Shown piece by piece: positions 18,039 through 27,574 of a DNA stretch of 64,000 bases. The DNA is from Candidatus Obscuribacter sp. (lineage in GTDB: Bacteria; Cyanobacteriota; Vampirovibrionia; Obscuribacterales; Obscuribacteraceae). Location: positions 10,786-74,785 of the forward strand of contig JADYXR010000001.1 in NCBI GenBank assembly GCA_021772095.1, given 5' to 3'. Position numbers and translations under genes: made by a program. How positions within the stretch are numbered: position 1 is the stretch's first letter; every line of letters begins with the position of its first letter. Below the pieces are notes generated by a model. It did no database searches and was not told the DNA's origin. It worked only from the letters and a program-made list of their open reading frames with translations.

Positions 18039-21000
18039 CTACTCTTCCAATTGTGACATCAAATGCAGGATCGCTTGCGACTCTGCTTTAAAGCTGGTCA
18101 GCCGTTCCGAGAGCTTGATGATCGATTCAGCGCGCCGGAAGTCTCGCAGACGGAACGCGTCGGTTCCCTGGTTGGCGAGCCGTTCAATCTGACTGTCGAT
18201 TGTGTCGAGCACCACACTAATCGCATCAACCAGATCGTTTTCCGATGAGAAAACAAAACCGGCACTTTGGGCTTCCTGGAACTTTTGCATCGTGTCTGGT
18301 GACACCACGGGTAGTTCGTTGCATGATTCCTGCGGAAACGATGACTGTGCGAAAGCTGAATTGCCAGTCTCTTCCCATTGAGCTTCTCCGACTTCTACTT
18401 CAAGCTCGACTGCAACTTCTTCATACGATCCTTCTTCGGTCTGCCATCCTTCATCTTCGCCCTGTTCATGCTCCGGGTATTGCTCGGACTCTGAAGGATA
18501 TTGCTGCTCTTGTTCGCTATAGTCATGCTCGGAAAGCAAGTACGAAGTATCTTCTGGTGGTGGCGCAGTTGGTGCGATTTGTTGGGCTTGTAGCGGATGT
18601 GCGGTCCCCGAGTATCCGCCTTGCGCGTACTGTAATTGCTGATGAGCGTCAGTGCTGTACTGACCGGGCGATTGCTGAGCGCCGGCGTTGTATTGTGGTG
18701 GCAGCTGTTGTTGGGAACCAGTGTTGTACTGCTGCGGATTAGTTTGCGGAGGAACCACCGGCGGGCGTGTAGCCTCAAACTGCGGCGGCAAAGCTGGCTG
18801 TCCGCCGGTATTGTATTGTCGTTGCTGTTCGGCGAACTGCTGCGGCATCGCAGCCATGCTGGCTTGATTGGGGTAATGTCCGGAGTTTTCCGCCTTATGG
18901 CCCGGCATCATATGCGGTGCCATCGGCGCAGCCGCACTCATACCCTGAGGTGGAGAAAGTTGAATCATTCCTTGTGGAGGGTTGATTCCTTGCATCCCGC
19001 CCGGAGGGATAACCGGAGCGACCAGGGCTTGTTGTTGTTTCAGCAGAGCGGCTTGCTGCATGGCGTGATACTGTTCAGCCGTGATCGGTTGCTGATGCAC
19101 TCCCGATTGACTCATGCCGGGAAGAATCATGCCCGGCATACTTGGCAATCCAGGATTATTGATTCCCGGTTGCATCATCGGCGGCAATGGTTGCGGCATC
19201 GGCATTGGTTGACTAAAACCGGGCGGCATCATTTGCGGTGGCAAGTGCGGTGGCAAATGTGGTGGCATCTGCGGTGCCGCACCGGGAAAAGAACCGCTCT
19301 GATTGATTGATTGCTGAGTAGAATATGCGCCTGATTGGCTCATCCCGGGCAGCCCCGCGTAACCAGGTTGCGGCTGATGTGGAGGTAGCTGCTGCGGTTG
19401 CTGCTGAGATTGCGGCTGGATGTGTGGCTGCATTTGTGGCTGCATTTGCGACTGCATTTCTGCCTGCATCTGCGGCTGCATCTGCTGAGCAGAGTGCAGG
19501 CCCGACGAACCTATTCCCTGGCTCGAGTAGTTGCCGCTTTGACCGTAATCCTGCGGTTTCAATAACACAGGCGGATCGGAAGCACTGCCATAACTCGGAT
19601 AAGGCTGCCCTTGCATGACCTGACTATTAGAGATTGCCTGCTGCTGATCCGCGCTCATTTGCTGCGATTGAGACAGACCGCGAGCGCTCGGGCGCGCCAA
19701 CTGTTCTGTTCCAGGTAAGGCATTCCAATTATCATCCTTGGCGGGCGCAGACGGAGCGCTCTTCAAAGACTCTTTGGTATTTTCCATGAATTTGCGCCAA
19801 TCGGTTTTGACAGCTTCATCAGCGGCAACAGACTTCCACGGCGCCTCTTCATCGGCCGGCCCAGCTTCATTCCATCCGTCATTCTGGTTTGCCTGACGCC
19901 CCGCATTCTGTTGCTGAATGCCTGCTGGTTGCGGCTGGACTGCTGGCGGCTGTTGTTGAACAACGGGCGGCAGCGGCTGAGCGGCTGGCGACTGCATCGG
20001 TTCTCTCGGTGGGTTTGCCGACATCACTCCACTCTGACCAGGATCCCCTGGAGCACGATTACTGGTGCCAAACGGCGGTGCTTGCAGTGACTCTCTAAAT
20101 TTATCTGTTTCGTTTTGCGCTGCCTGAGCGACTTGATTACTGATGTTATCGATGAAGCGATCGGCGCTGCTACTGCTGCTTCCGCCGCGGTTCACAGACG
20201 AGATACTCGGCGACGCAACGACGGGGTTACGGGCAGAACTTTGTCCCAATAGATCATGCTGTTGGCTGCCACCCTGGTAGCCAACACTTTCCGCAACAGG
20301 CGCCGGCGCTTCCGGAACCATGCCGATATCTTCCAGTCGAAAAGTCTCGCCCGGCTGTGCTTCTTCACTGGCAAAACGAATTAAGCCATCGAGCAGAGCA
20401 CGATAAACACTGGGCAGCATGTCCGAATCAAGCGGCTTGTTGGTGTTGGCGACGATCCAGTCCACGGACAAACCGTCGGACTGAGAAACGAGCGAAAGAT
20501 AAGAAGGATAGTCGTTAGGGTTGGTCGAAAAACCGAGCAGCTTATCGCTCGGCAAAATATAGGTGTCGACCCCGGTCGCAGTTCCTCGTACAGCCAGAGT
20601 CCAGTACCGCGTCGAGATCCGACCGCTGAAAATCTCGATCTGAACGCGACTACTGTCATGCCAGTTGGAGACTTCTTCTTGAACGATTAACGGACGAATC
20701 CAGGTCAACTCAAGGTCAGTCCCGGCTGTCACTTGATTGAATTCGTAGGCAGTGTTCTGAAAATTGTCGAACATTCGATCGACGATCCTGATCATCGCTT
20801 CCTTAATCAGTTCCGTCTTCTGCCGCTCGCCAGCCTGGAAAGCGGCTTTGCCGGTAGGAATTCGGGCAAGCAGATTGTGCGAATCTCTTGGATTTTGCTT
20901 GTAATTGGTTAAAACTTTCGATTTCCAAACGCCAGAAGCCTGGTCGTTCTGTTGGCTGCGCGGATCTGGAGGCAGTTCAACTTGAGGCGCTTCGCCATCA

Positions 21001-21104
21001 GGTTCGAAGTCCTGGCCCTCAGGTTGATTTTCCTGGTTGGGCTGCAAAGCCTTGAGTTTTAGCTTGGTTGCTCGTGCTTTGCTCTTCTTGCGTTTCGGCC
21101 ACAT
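18039..21104 (-). CDS. Large Gln/Pro/Met-rich protein with globular N-terminal region and short C-terminal helical region (function unknown)
   Basis: 1021 codons from ATG 21104. Residues about 90-290 look globular. The central ~600 aa is Q/P/M/G-rich (MQPQMQAEMQSQMQPQMQPHIQPQ, PPHLPPHLPPQMMPP, QYNTGSQQQLPPQY). The C-terminal ~90 aa looks helical. Confidence 0.65.
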   Translation of the reverse strand: MWPKRKKSKARATKLKLKALQPNQENQPEGQDFEPDGEAPQVELPPDPRSQQNDQASGVWKSKVLTNYKQNPRDSHNLLARIPTGKAAFQAGERQKTELIKEAMIRIVDRMFDNFQNTAYEFNQVTAGTDLELTWIRPLIVQEEVSNWHDSSRVQIEIFSGRISTRYWTLAVRGTATGVDTYILPSDKLLGFSTNPNDYPSYLSLVSQSDGLSVDWIVANTNKPLDSDMLPSVYRALLDGLIRFASEEAQPGETFRLEDIGMVPEAPAPVAESVGYQGGSQQHDLLGQSSARNPVVASPSISSVNRGGSSSSSADRFIDNISNQVAQAAQNETDKFRESLQAPPFGTSNRAPGDPGQSGVMSANPPREPMQSPAAQPLPPVVQQQPPAVQPQPAGIQQQNAGRQANQNDGWNEAGPADEEAPWKSVAADEAVKTDWRKFMENTKESLKSAPSAPAKDDNWNALPGTEQLARPSARGLSQSQQMSADQQQAISNSQVMQGQPYPSYGSASDPPVLLKPQDYGQSGNYSSQGIGSSGLHSAQQMQPQMQAEMQSQMQPQMQPHIQPQSQQQPQQLPPHQPQPGYAGLPGMSQSGAYSTQQSINQSGSFPGAAPQMPPHLPPHLPPQMMPPGFSQPMPMPQPLPPMMQPGINNPGLPSMPGMILPGMSQSGVHQQPITAEQYHAMQQAALLKQQQALVAPVIPPGGMQGINPPQGMIQLSPPQGMSAAAPMAPHMMPGHKAENSGHYPNQASMAAMPQQFAEQQRQYNTGGQPALPPQFEATRPPVVPPQTNPQQYNTGSQQQLPPQYNAGAQQSPGQYSTDAHQQLQYAQGGYSGTAHPLQAQQIAPTAPPPEDTSYLLSEHDYSEQEQQYPSESEQYPEHEQGEDEGWQTEEGSYEEVAVELEVEVGEAQWEETGNSAFAQSSFPQESCNELPVVSPDTMQKFQEAQSAGFVFSSENDLVDAISVVLDTIDSQIERLANQGTDAFRLRDFRRAESIIKLSERLTSFKAESQAILHLMSQLEE

Positions 21105-21443
21105 CAGACGCCTAGCCCTCTCATCTGAAACAGAAGGGTAGTTAACCCAATCCGTTCGCTGGATTCCCTCGACTCACCAACTGGTAGACCGCCGCCTCGC
21201 CCGGTCCACGACGTACCACTGGTGTCGATCTTACCGGACCGCCCGGTCTACTTGATCAACACCTCTTAAAGAGGATGTACCCTTAGAAATATGGGGTAAA
21301 ACAATAGAATAACGTAGCTTTGACGCTTCTAAATTCTTGACTTCGACGAGCCTTTCCTTGAAAAAGGCGATACTATTTATTTTGTCGCATCCCGACTTGT
21401 TCAGAGAGTGGGAGGGCGACGGAAACCCATTTGGAGCGAATCC

Positions 21444-24389
21444 ATGCCTGGCACTCGCAACGGGTCCGGTTCCGGAGAATTCGTGGAGGCTGATGTCATC
21501 ACGGTTCGAGGAGCCCGGCAACACAATTTAAAAAACATCAGTCTCAAAATCCCGCGAAACAAACTGGTTGTAATCACCGGTGTCAGCGGTTCGGGGAAAT
21601 CGTCGCTTGCCTTCGACACGATTTTTGCCGAAGGTCAAAGACGATATGTCGAGTCGCTTTCGGCATACGCGCGCCAATTTCTCGGTCAATTAGACAAACC
21701 GGACGTCGATGCTATTGAAGGATTGAGCCCGGCAATTTCGATCGACCAAAAAGCGACGAGCCATAACCCTCGTTCGACCGTCGGAACCGTGACGGAAATA
21801 TATGACTACATGCGCTTGCTTTACGCGCGTGTAGGCATTCCGCACTGCCCGAACTGCAAAAGAAAGATCAATCCACAAACCATCGATCAGATCGTCGACC
21901 AGGTTCTCAACCTTCCGGAAGGCACCAAACTGCAGGTGCTGGCACCACTAGTTTCCGGACGAAAAGGCGAGTATTCATCACTGTTCGCTGATTTGCGAAA
22001 AGAAGGATTTGCGCGCGTTCGCATCGATTCGAAGGTCTATCATCTTGATGATGATATCGAATTGGATCGGATGAAAAAACATGACATTGAACTGGTCGTC
22101 GATCGTCTCGTCATGAAGCCAGGCATCCAATCGAGGCTCGCTGACAGCGTTTCGGTCGGTTTAAAATGGGGCAAGTCAAACGTCCTGATTGATATTCTCA
22201 CAGGCGATGACACCGAGGATAGTGGCAACGGCAAACGTGGGAAAAGTGCCGAGAAAGCGCCTGAAAAAGAACCACTTTTATTCTCGGAAAATTTTGCTTG
22301 CGCGAATTGCAACATCAGTTTTGCCGAAATTTCACCGCGCGTTTTCAGTTTCAACAGCCCTTATGGTGCATGTCCCGACTGCGATGGCTTAGGCTGCACC
22401 TTCGAGGTCGATCCGTCGCTTGTGGTGCCCGATCCGACCAAGTCATTGAGCGAAGGCGCGGTCTACCCGTGGGCCAAGACCGGCAACTCATATTACGAAC
22501 AAATTCTCAGTTCCGTCGCCAAGCATTACAAATTCGCGATGAACGTACCATTCAAAGATCTGACCAAAAAGAATCAGGGTTACATACTTTTTGGATCCGG
22601 TGAAGAGAAGATCAAACTCGGACATGATTCTTTTGACGGCACTGAATTCTGGACATACAAAAAATCATTCGAGGGCGTCGTACCAAACCTGGCAAGACGG
22701 CACACCGAGACCAATTCGGACAAGGTGCGCGCAGACATCGAAGCGTACATGACGCAAATGCCGTGTCAAAAATGCAACGGCGCGCGATTGAAACTAGAAA
22801 GTCTCGCGGTCACCGTTGGCAAACTTTCGATTTCTGAAGTTTGCAGATTATCGATTGTCAAAACGTCGGTATTTTTTGAAGGGCTGCCCGAGCAACTGAG
22901 CGAACGACACAACAAAATCGCGCACCAGGTCTTGATCGAGATACGTTCGCGATTAAAGTTTCTCATCGACGTCGGTCTGGGATATCTCACTCTGGAACGA
23001 CAAGCCGGCACCTTATCTGGTGGCGAAGCTCAGCGGATCAGACTAGCGACTCAAATTGGTTCCGGACTGTCGGGGGTACTTTATGTACTCGACGAACCAT
23101 CGATCGGATTACATCAACGCGACAACAATCGTTTGATAGGAACGCTGCAACGCCTCAGAGAGCTGGGCAATACGCTGCTTGTCGTCGAGCATGACGAAGA
23201 TACGATCCGAGCCGCCGATTGGATCATTGATATCGGCCCTGGTGCCGGTGTTCATGGTGGCGAAGTGGTGGCAGAAGGAAAAATCGCAGACATTCAATCA
23301 GCCAAACGATCTTCGACCGGAGCATATCTGTCGGGAAGAAAACAAATTCTAGTGCCTGCCAAAAGGCGCGAGGGCAACGGCAAGAAGCTCAAAATAACTG
23401 GCGCATCTTTGAACAATTTAAAGAACCTCGACCTCGAAATTCCTTTAGGTAAGTTTGTCGCTGTCACCGGGGTTAGTGGCTCCGGAAAATCGACTCTGGT
23501 AAACGATTTACTTTATCAATATCTGCGCCACCATCTTTATGGCACGGTAGCGATGCCAAAAGGTCTAAAAAAGGTAGAAGGCGCCGAGGTTCTGGACAAA
23601 GTCATCGATATCGATCAATCACCGATTGGTAGAACTCCAAGATCAAATCCGGCCACTTACACCGGATTATTTGATGCGGTCAGAGAAATTTTCGCGATGA
23701 CTACCGAGGCAAAAGCCAGAGGTTATTTGCCGGGAAGATTTTCGTTCAACGTCAAAGGTGGCAGATGCGAAGCCTGCAAGGGCGAGGGCATGAACGAGAT
23801 CGAGATGAACTTCCTTCCATCCGTTTTCGTCACCTGTGAAGTGTGCAAAGGCGCACGATACAATCGTGAAACTCTGGAAGTAAAATTCAAAGGCAAATCG
23901 ATTTCAGACATTCTGAATATGACAATCGAAGAAGGCGTGCATTTCTTCGCCAGCATCCCAAAGGCGCATTCCAAGCTGGAAACGCTGATGGAAGTGGGAC
24001 TGGATTATGTCAAACTCGGTCAACCTGCCACCACTCTATCGGGTGGTGAAGCTCAGCGTGTAAAACTTGCCGAACAGTTATCCAAACGTTCGACCGGCAA
24101 AACAATATACATTCTAGATGAGCCAACCACGGGACTTTCGTTCGCCGACGTCGATAAACTTTTGCATGTGTTGAATCGTTTGGTCGACAATGGCAACTCT
24201 GTTTTGATCATCGAACATAATTTAGACGTGATCAAACAAGCGGATTGGGTAATCGATCTGGGACCGGATGGCGGAGAAGATGGCGGCACCATCGTTGCCA
24301 GTGGAACTCCAGAATTGCTGGCGAAAACGAAAGAATCGTTTACCGGGCATTTCTTGAAAAGCTCTTTGCGCCAGTTGACCACCAAGTAA
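21444..24389 (+). CDS. uvrA: Excinuclease ABC subunit A
   Basis: [62 protein letters not shown], zinc-finger cysteines, and a second ABC module [10 protein letters not shown] ... [12 protein letters not shown] ... [13 protein letters not shown] at 21444 preferred over the track start at 21408. Confidence 0.97.
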   Translation: MPGTRNGSGSGEFVEADVITVRGARQHNLKNISLKIPRNKLVVITGVSGSGKSSLAFDTIFAEGQRRYVESLSAYARQFLGQLDKPDVDAIEGLSPAISIDQKATSHNPRSTVGTVTEIYDYMRLLYARVGIPHCPNCKRKINPQTIDQIVDQVLNLPEGTKLQVLAPLVSGRKGEYSSLFADLRKEGFARVRIDSKVYHLDDDIELDRMKKHDIELVVDRLVMKPGIQSRLADSVSVGLKWGKSNVLIDILTGDDTEDSGNGKRGKSAEKAPEKEPLLFSENFACANCNISFAEISPRVFSFNSPYGACPDCDGLGCTFEVDPSLVVPDPTKSLSEGAVYPWAKTGNSYYEQILSSVAKHYKFAMNVPFKDLTKKNQGYILFGSGEEKIKLGHDSFDGTEFWTYKKSFEGVVPNLARRHTETNSDKVRADIEAYMTQMPCQKCNGARLKLESLAVTVGKLSISEVCRLSIVKTSVFFEGLPEQLSERHNKIAHQVLIEIRSRLKFLIDVGLGYLTLERQAGTLSGGEAQRIRLATQIGSGLSGVLYVLDEPSIGLHQRDNNRLIGTLQRLRELGNTLLVVEHDEDTIRAADWIIDIGPGAGVHGGEVVAEGKIADIQSAKRSSTGAYLSGRKQILVPAKRREGNGKKLKITGASLNNLKNLDLEIPLGKFVAVTGVSGSGKSTLVNDLLYQYLRHHLYGTVAMPKGLKKVEGAEVLDKVIDIDQSPIGRTPRSNPATYTGLFDAVREIFAMTTEAKARGYLPGRFSFNVKGGRCEACKGEGMNEIEMNFLPSVFVTCEVCKGARYNRETLEVKFKGKSISDILNMTIEEGVHFFASIPKAHSKLETLMEVGLDYVKLGQPATTLSGGEAQRVKLAEQLSKRSTGKTIYILDEPTTGLSFADVDKLLHVLNRLVDNGNSVLIIEHNLDVIKQADWVIDLGPDGGEDGGTIVASGTPELLAKTKESFTGHFLKSSLRQLTTK

Positions 24390-24424
24390 CGCGTCGAAAA
24401 ACAAAGCAGAGCCCGTTCTCAGGT

Positions 24425-24449
24425 ATGATAGCCATAGATCGGTTATCAT
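24425..24449. promoter_or_regulatory. Imperfect palindrome about 70 nt upstream of fur (candidate operator)
   Basis: ATGATAGCC 24425-24433 and GGTTATCAT 24441-24449 match in 8 of 9 positions across a 7-nt spacer. The arms contain a TGATA(A/G)C core resembling a Fur-box half-site. A second stem follows (CAGGTCG 24456-24462 with CGACCTG 24479-24485). Confidence 0.3.
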
Positions 24450-24520
24450 GCTTGGCAGGTCGGCTCAATTAGAGCAATCGACCTGCGCCGCGATTCAACC
24501 GGCTGATTCAGGTAAGACGC

Positions 24521-25000
24521 GTGAACAATCCCAACAGCGAAAAATTAGAGCCATTGAACGCCGACGAATTATCCGATCCGGTGTTTGATAGTTTGCGAAA
24601 ACGCGGTCACCGGGTGACTGCCCAACGCGAATTGATTTTGCAGATCTTCAGAAACTTGCCGCATGGACAGCATCTATCGGCTGAAGAATTGCACGGACAA
24701 CTGCTTGAGCGCGGATCGAGCGTCAGCCTCGCTACCGCGTACCGAACACTAAAATTGTTGACCTCGATGGGTTTGCTCCGCGAACTGGATTTCGCCGAAG
24801 GTCACAAACACTACGAGTTGAAGCAGGACGACCTGCCGCATCAACATATAATTTGCACCGGCTGCAACTCGACGCTCGAATTCGAAGATCATTTTCTAGA
24901 AGAAGCCGGACAAAAAATAGGCGCTCGATACAATTTCGATGTCGTCGACGCGCAATTCAAAATCTTCGGGATCTGCCAGCAGTGCCGCAAGACGAGATAA
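24521..25000 (+). CDS. fur: Fur-family metalloregulator
   Basis: Winged-helix N-terminus (RVTAQRELILQIF ... LSAEELH ... SLATAYRTLKLL), then HKHYEL, HQHIICTGCNSTLEF and a C-terminal CQQC. GTG start. Confidence 0.85.
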   Translation: MNNPNSEKLEPLNADELSDPVFDSLRKRGHRVTAQRELILQIFRNLPHGQHLSAEELHGQLLERGSSVSLATAYRTLKLLTSMGLLRELDFAEGHKHYELKQDDLPHQHIICTGCNSTLEFEDHFLEEAGQKIGARYNFDVVDAQFKIFGICQQCRKTR

Positions 25001-25098
25001 TCGTTTAGTTCTGAACTTAAAACGGAAATCGCCGACACTGTCGGTTTAAACCAGCTTTCATCACTCCGATCCAAAGTTTAAAAACAAAGAGTACTCTG

Positions 25099-25362
25099 AT
25101 GACCGATGCAAAAGAACTGACTCTGGCTGAAGCAAAGGACGGAGACTGGCTCATCGTCACAGGCACCAGTGACGATGAAGTGAAATTCCAGGCACTGCGT
25201 TTTGGCATTGGGGAAGGTTCATTAATTCAGGTCCAAAAAAATATTACTAAAGGACCTGTAATTATCAGCAAGAAGCATGTTGAAATAGCTATAGGTAGAG
25301 AGTTGGCGCTCAGTGTTACAGTAAAACTATCCGCTGCCAAGAAATCGAAGAGCTCAGAATGA
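25099..25362 (+). CDS. feoA: FeoA-domain protein
   Basis: An 87-aa SH3-like FeoA pattern: LTLAEAKDGDWLIVTG ... LRFGIGEGSLIQVQKN ... GPVIISKKHVEIAIGRELA. Confidence 0.7.
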   Translation: MTDAKELTLAEAKDGDWLIVTGTSDDEVKFQALRFGIGEGSLIQVQKNITKGPVIISKKHVEIAIGRELALSVTVKLSAAKKSKSSE

Positions 25363-25712
25363 CGCAGCCGCAAACCAATCAAAAGACCGGTCCGACCTGC
25401 ACTCAGTGTGCAATGCCGCTGGCGATTCCATCGTCATCGTCGCTATCCATGCGCTGTCCGCGCTGCAATACCTGGCAGGATCTGGATCCGAGTTGCGCTG
25501 GAAGCTGCTTGAGCTGTCATAAAACGGTGGAAGCGAAAGCGACGCCGTGCACCGCTGAAAAAATGCCTGTTGAACATCCTATAAGTAATTCTTGTGATCA
25601 GAGTAATAATTCTTGCGGAAATGTGGCACATACTAAGCGAGGGGCTAATCTCGGTCCACTTCGACTGCTCAAGCAAGCCTGGAACGTTCTAACCAACAGG
25701 CCTTTCCTGTAA
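25359..25712 (+). CDS. Small Cys-rich (zinc-ribbon-like) protein, translationally coupled to feoA
   Basis: Its ATG overlaps the feoA stop (ATGA at 25359-25362). Contains CTQC...CPRC, then CAGSCLSC. No long hydrophobic helix. Confidence 0.45.
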   Translation: MTQPQTNQKTGPTCTQCAMPLAIPSSSSLSMRCPRCNTWQDLDPSCAGSCLSCHKTVEAKATPCTAEKMPVEHPISNSCDQSNNSCGNVAHTKRGANLGPLRLLKQAWNVLTNRPFL

Positions 25713-25825
25713 GATAAGTTATGGAACCATTCTTATCGGAAAGTTTTAACCACTCGCTTGGCGTTGGACTACGAACGAATCAGTTCCACCCCCGACCTTA
25801 TCGAATCCTAGTTAGTTAGGGATTA

Positions 25826-27442
25826 ATGGCAAGCAAAATCAATCCCTGGAAAATTCAAGGCTATAAGCCTGGGCAAAACGTTATCGCCAAGATAGCGAAA
25901 CCTGAGCCGGGCGGATACACCGTTATCATAGTCAAGGATAACCTCCCCGGTTACCTGCCGTCGAACGCGCGGCACAACGTAGGAGATGATGTTCTTGCCA
26001 CATTCGTTTGTATCGACAAGAATCGCATGCTTCTGTCCGAGCGTTTCACGCATGGCAAGGGCGATCTCGTCAAAAAGAATTACGGTGTGAATTGGGCAGA
26101 ACAATTGGACGATCCCAACTACACCACTGCGGCGCAGGAAGCGGTGCCGGATCCTAACGAGCTATATAACACTGGTCAGCAGTACGGGCAGCAAGATCAA
26201 CAGCAGCAGCCGCAATATGCCGATCCGCAGCAGCAGTACGGGCAGCAGCAGCCGCAGCAACAGCAGCAGCAGCCGCAACAGCAGTATGGCGCGCCCAACA
26301 ATCAAGACCAGCAGCAACAATATGGCAATCAAGATCAATATGCTACCCAGCAGCAGCACGCGCAACAGCAGCCACAGCAGCAGCCTGGACAACCGGATTT
26401 GAACGACTGGGGCACCGTGCCCAACAGCGCCGATGGTAAGCAAGGAAATTACGGACAATTAGGTGCGCAGCACTACTCGCAGCAGGGTCAGCAACAAGAC
26501 CAGTACCAGAGCGGCAACAATCCGGCGCAGCAGCAATCGCAGCAATTCGCCACCGGTCCACTGCCGGCGCAATACGCGCCTTCCAACAATCAACAATATA
26601 TGACTGGTCCGCTCCCTGCGCAACAGCCGCAGATGGAGTATCTCAATCCAACGCCGCCACAGCAGCAGCAACAGCAGCATCACCAGGATTCCAGCCAATA
26701 TCTCACAGGTGCCCAACCGGCGCAACGCTACGCCGATGGCGTGCCGACCAGACGTTTTCAACTGCGCCGGGCAATCGATTTGATCATGCCGCCAATCGAC
26801 GCTGACTCGCTTCGAACCATGCGTATCGGCGACTATGACGTCGAGTGGCTCATAACTCAATTGGAAGGCGGAATGCAGACAGGCTGCGTTAAGGCTGCTT
26901 GTGAGAGCCGCCTGTCGCGTGCAGCGATGCTGCTTTATCGCGGTCGCGCCGTCGGATGTATTTACGGATGCAAATCAGATCCGACGACTAAGCCCACTGA
27001 AGAATCGCTACAAGCGATGCTGTCCGATCTGGAGTCACCAGATACGGTGGTAACCATTTACGACTTGCCTGAAGAAATCACTCTGGCAATGTCATCACTT
27101 TTCCTCGGTTATCCCGTAGAACGGCATGATGACTACAGTGCAAAAGAATATCTTGATTATATATGCAATTGGTTAGGTCAGAAAAACGGAACCGCTACGC
27201 TTGCCATTTCGCTTACTGAAGATCGCGGCACATGCCTCGGTTATATCTACAAAGGTGAATTCTCCGGCGCGTTCTATGTTGAAGATCAGGCTTACAGAGC
27301 GGATCGCGCGTTCGTCGACGAGATGCTGGGCAATGATCCAAGAGCCGCGCTCGAGGTCAGTATCTTGCCGCCTGAAATGCATGCCAGTGCAGTTCGTTTT
27401 GGATTCAGCTTGAGCATGGCTCGCACACGCAAACTCGACTAG
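25826..27442 (+). CDS. Protein with S1/OB-like N-terminus, long Gln-rich linker and globular C-terminal domain (function unknown)
   Basis: The N-terminus KPGQNVIAKIAKPEPGGYTVIIVKDNLPGYLPS...GDDVLATFVCIDKNRMLLSERF has an S1-like pattern. Residues about 110-290 are Q-rich (QQYGQQ repeats; QFATGPLPAQY, QYMTGPLPAQQ, QYLTGAQPAQRY). The C-terminal ~230 aa looks globular. Confidence 0.65.
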   Translation: MASKINPWKIQGYKPGQNVIAKIAKPEPGGYTVIIVKDNLPGYLPSNARHNVGDDVLATFVCIDKNRMLLSERFTHGKGDLVKKNYGVNWAEQLDDPNYTTAAQEAVPDPNELYNTGQQYGQQDQQQQPQYADPQQQYGQQQPQQQQQQPQQQYGAPNNQDQQQQYGNQDQYATQQQHAQQQPQQQPGQPDLNDWGTVPNSADGKQGNYGQLGAQHYSQQGQQQDQYQSGNNPAQQQSQQFATGPLPAQYAPSNNQQYMTGPLPAQQPQMEYLNPTPPQQQQQQHHQDSSQYLTGAQPAQRYADGVPTRRFQLRRAIDLIMPPIDADSLRTMRIGDYDVEWLITQLEGGMQTGCVKAACESRLSRAAMLLYRGRAVGCIYGCKSDPTTKPTEESLQAMLSDLESPDTVVTIYDLPEEITLAMSSLFLGYPVERHDDYSAKEYLDYICNWLGQKNGTATLAISLTEDRGTCLGYIYKGEFSGAFYVEDQAYRADRAFVDEMLGNDPRAALEVSILPPEMHASAVRFGFSLSMARTRKLD

Positions 27443-27465
27443 TTTGAAACAATAGATTCAAAAAG

Positions 27466-27498
27466 AAAGGCTGAGATTTTAAACCTCAGCCTTTTTTG
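27466..27498. terminator. Bidirectional Rho-independent terminator between convergent genes
   Basis: GGCTGAG 27469-27475 pairs with CTCAGCC 27485-27491 across a 9-nt loop. It is followed by TTTTTTGTTTTT and preceded by an A-rich run, so it can serve both strands. Confidence 0.7.
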
Positions 27499-27574
27499 TT
27501 TTTCGTTTACTTCAGTTCTTCGAGCCTGCGATCAACTTGAACATCGCATGAAGGTTCGTCGAACCTGCGGCAAG

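Noticed and set aside
21105-21443. LexA/SOS box or clear sigma-70 promoter upstream of uvrA
   Set aside because: Only partial matches are present (e.g. GTACCACTGGTGT; TTGACT and TACTAT at the wrong spacing). That is not enough to call.
21408-21443. Upstream start for uvrA used by the ORF track
   Set aside because: The extension ([12 protein letters not shown]) is not UvrA-like. The ATG at 21444 precedes the conserved N-terminus by a normal distance.
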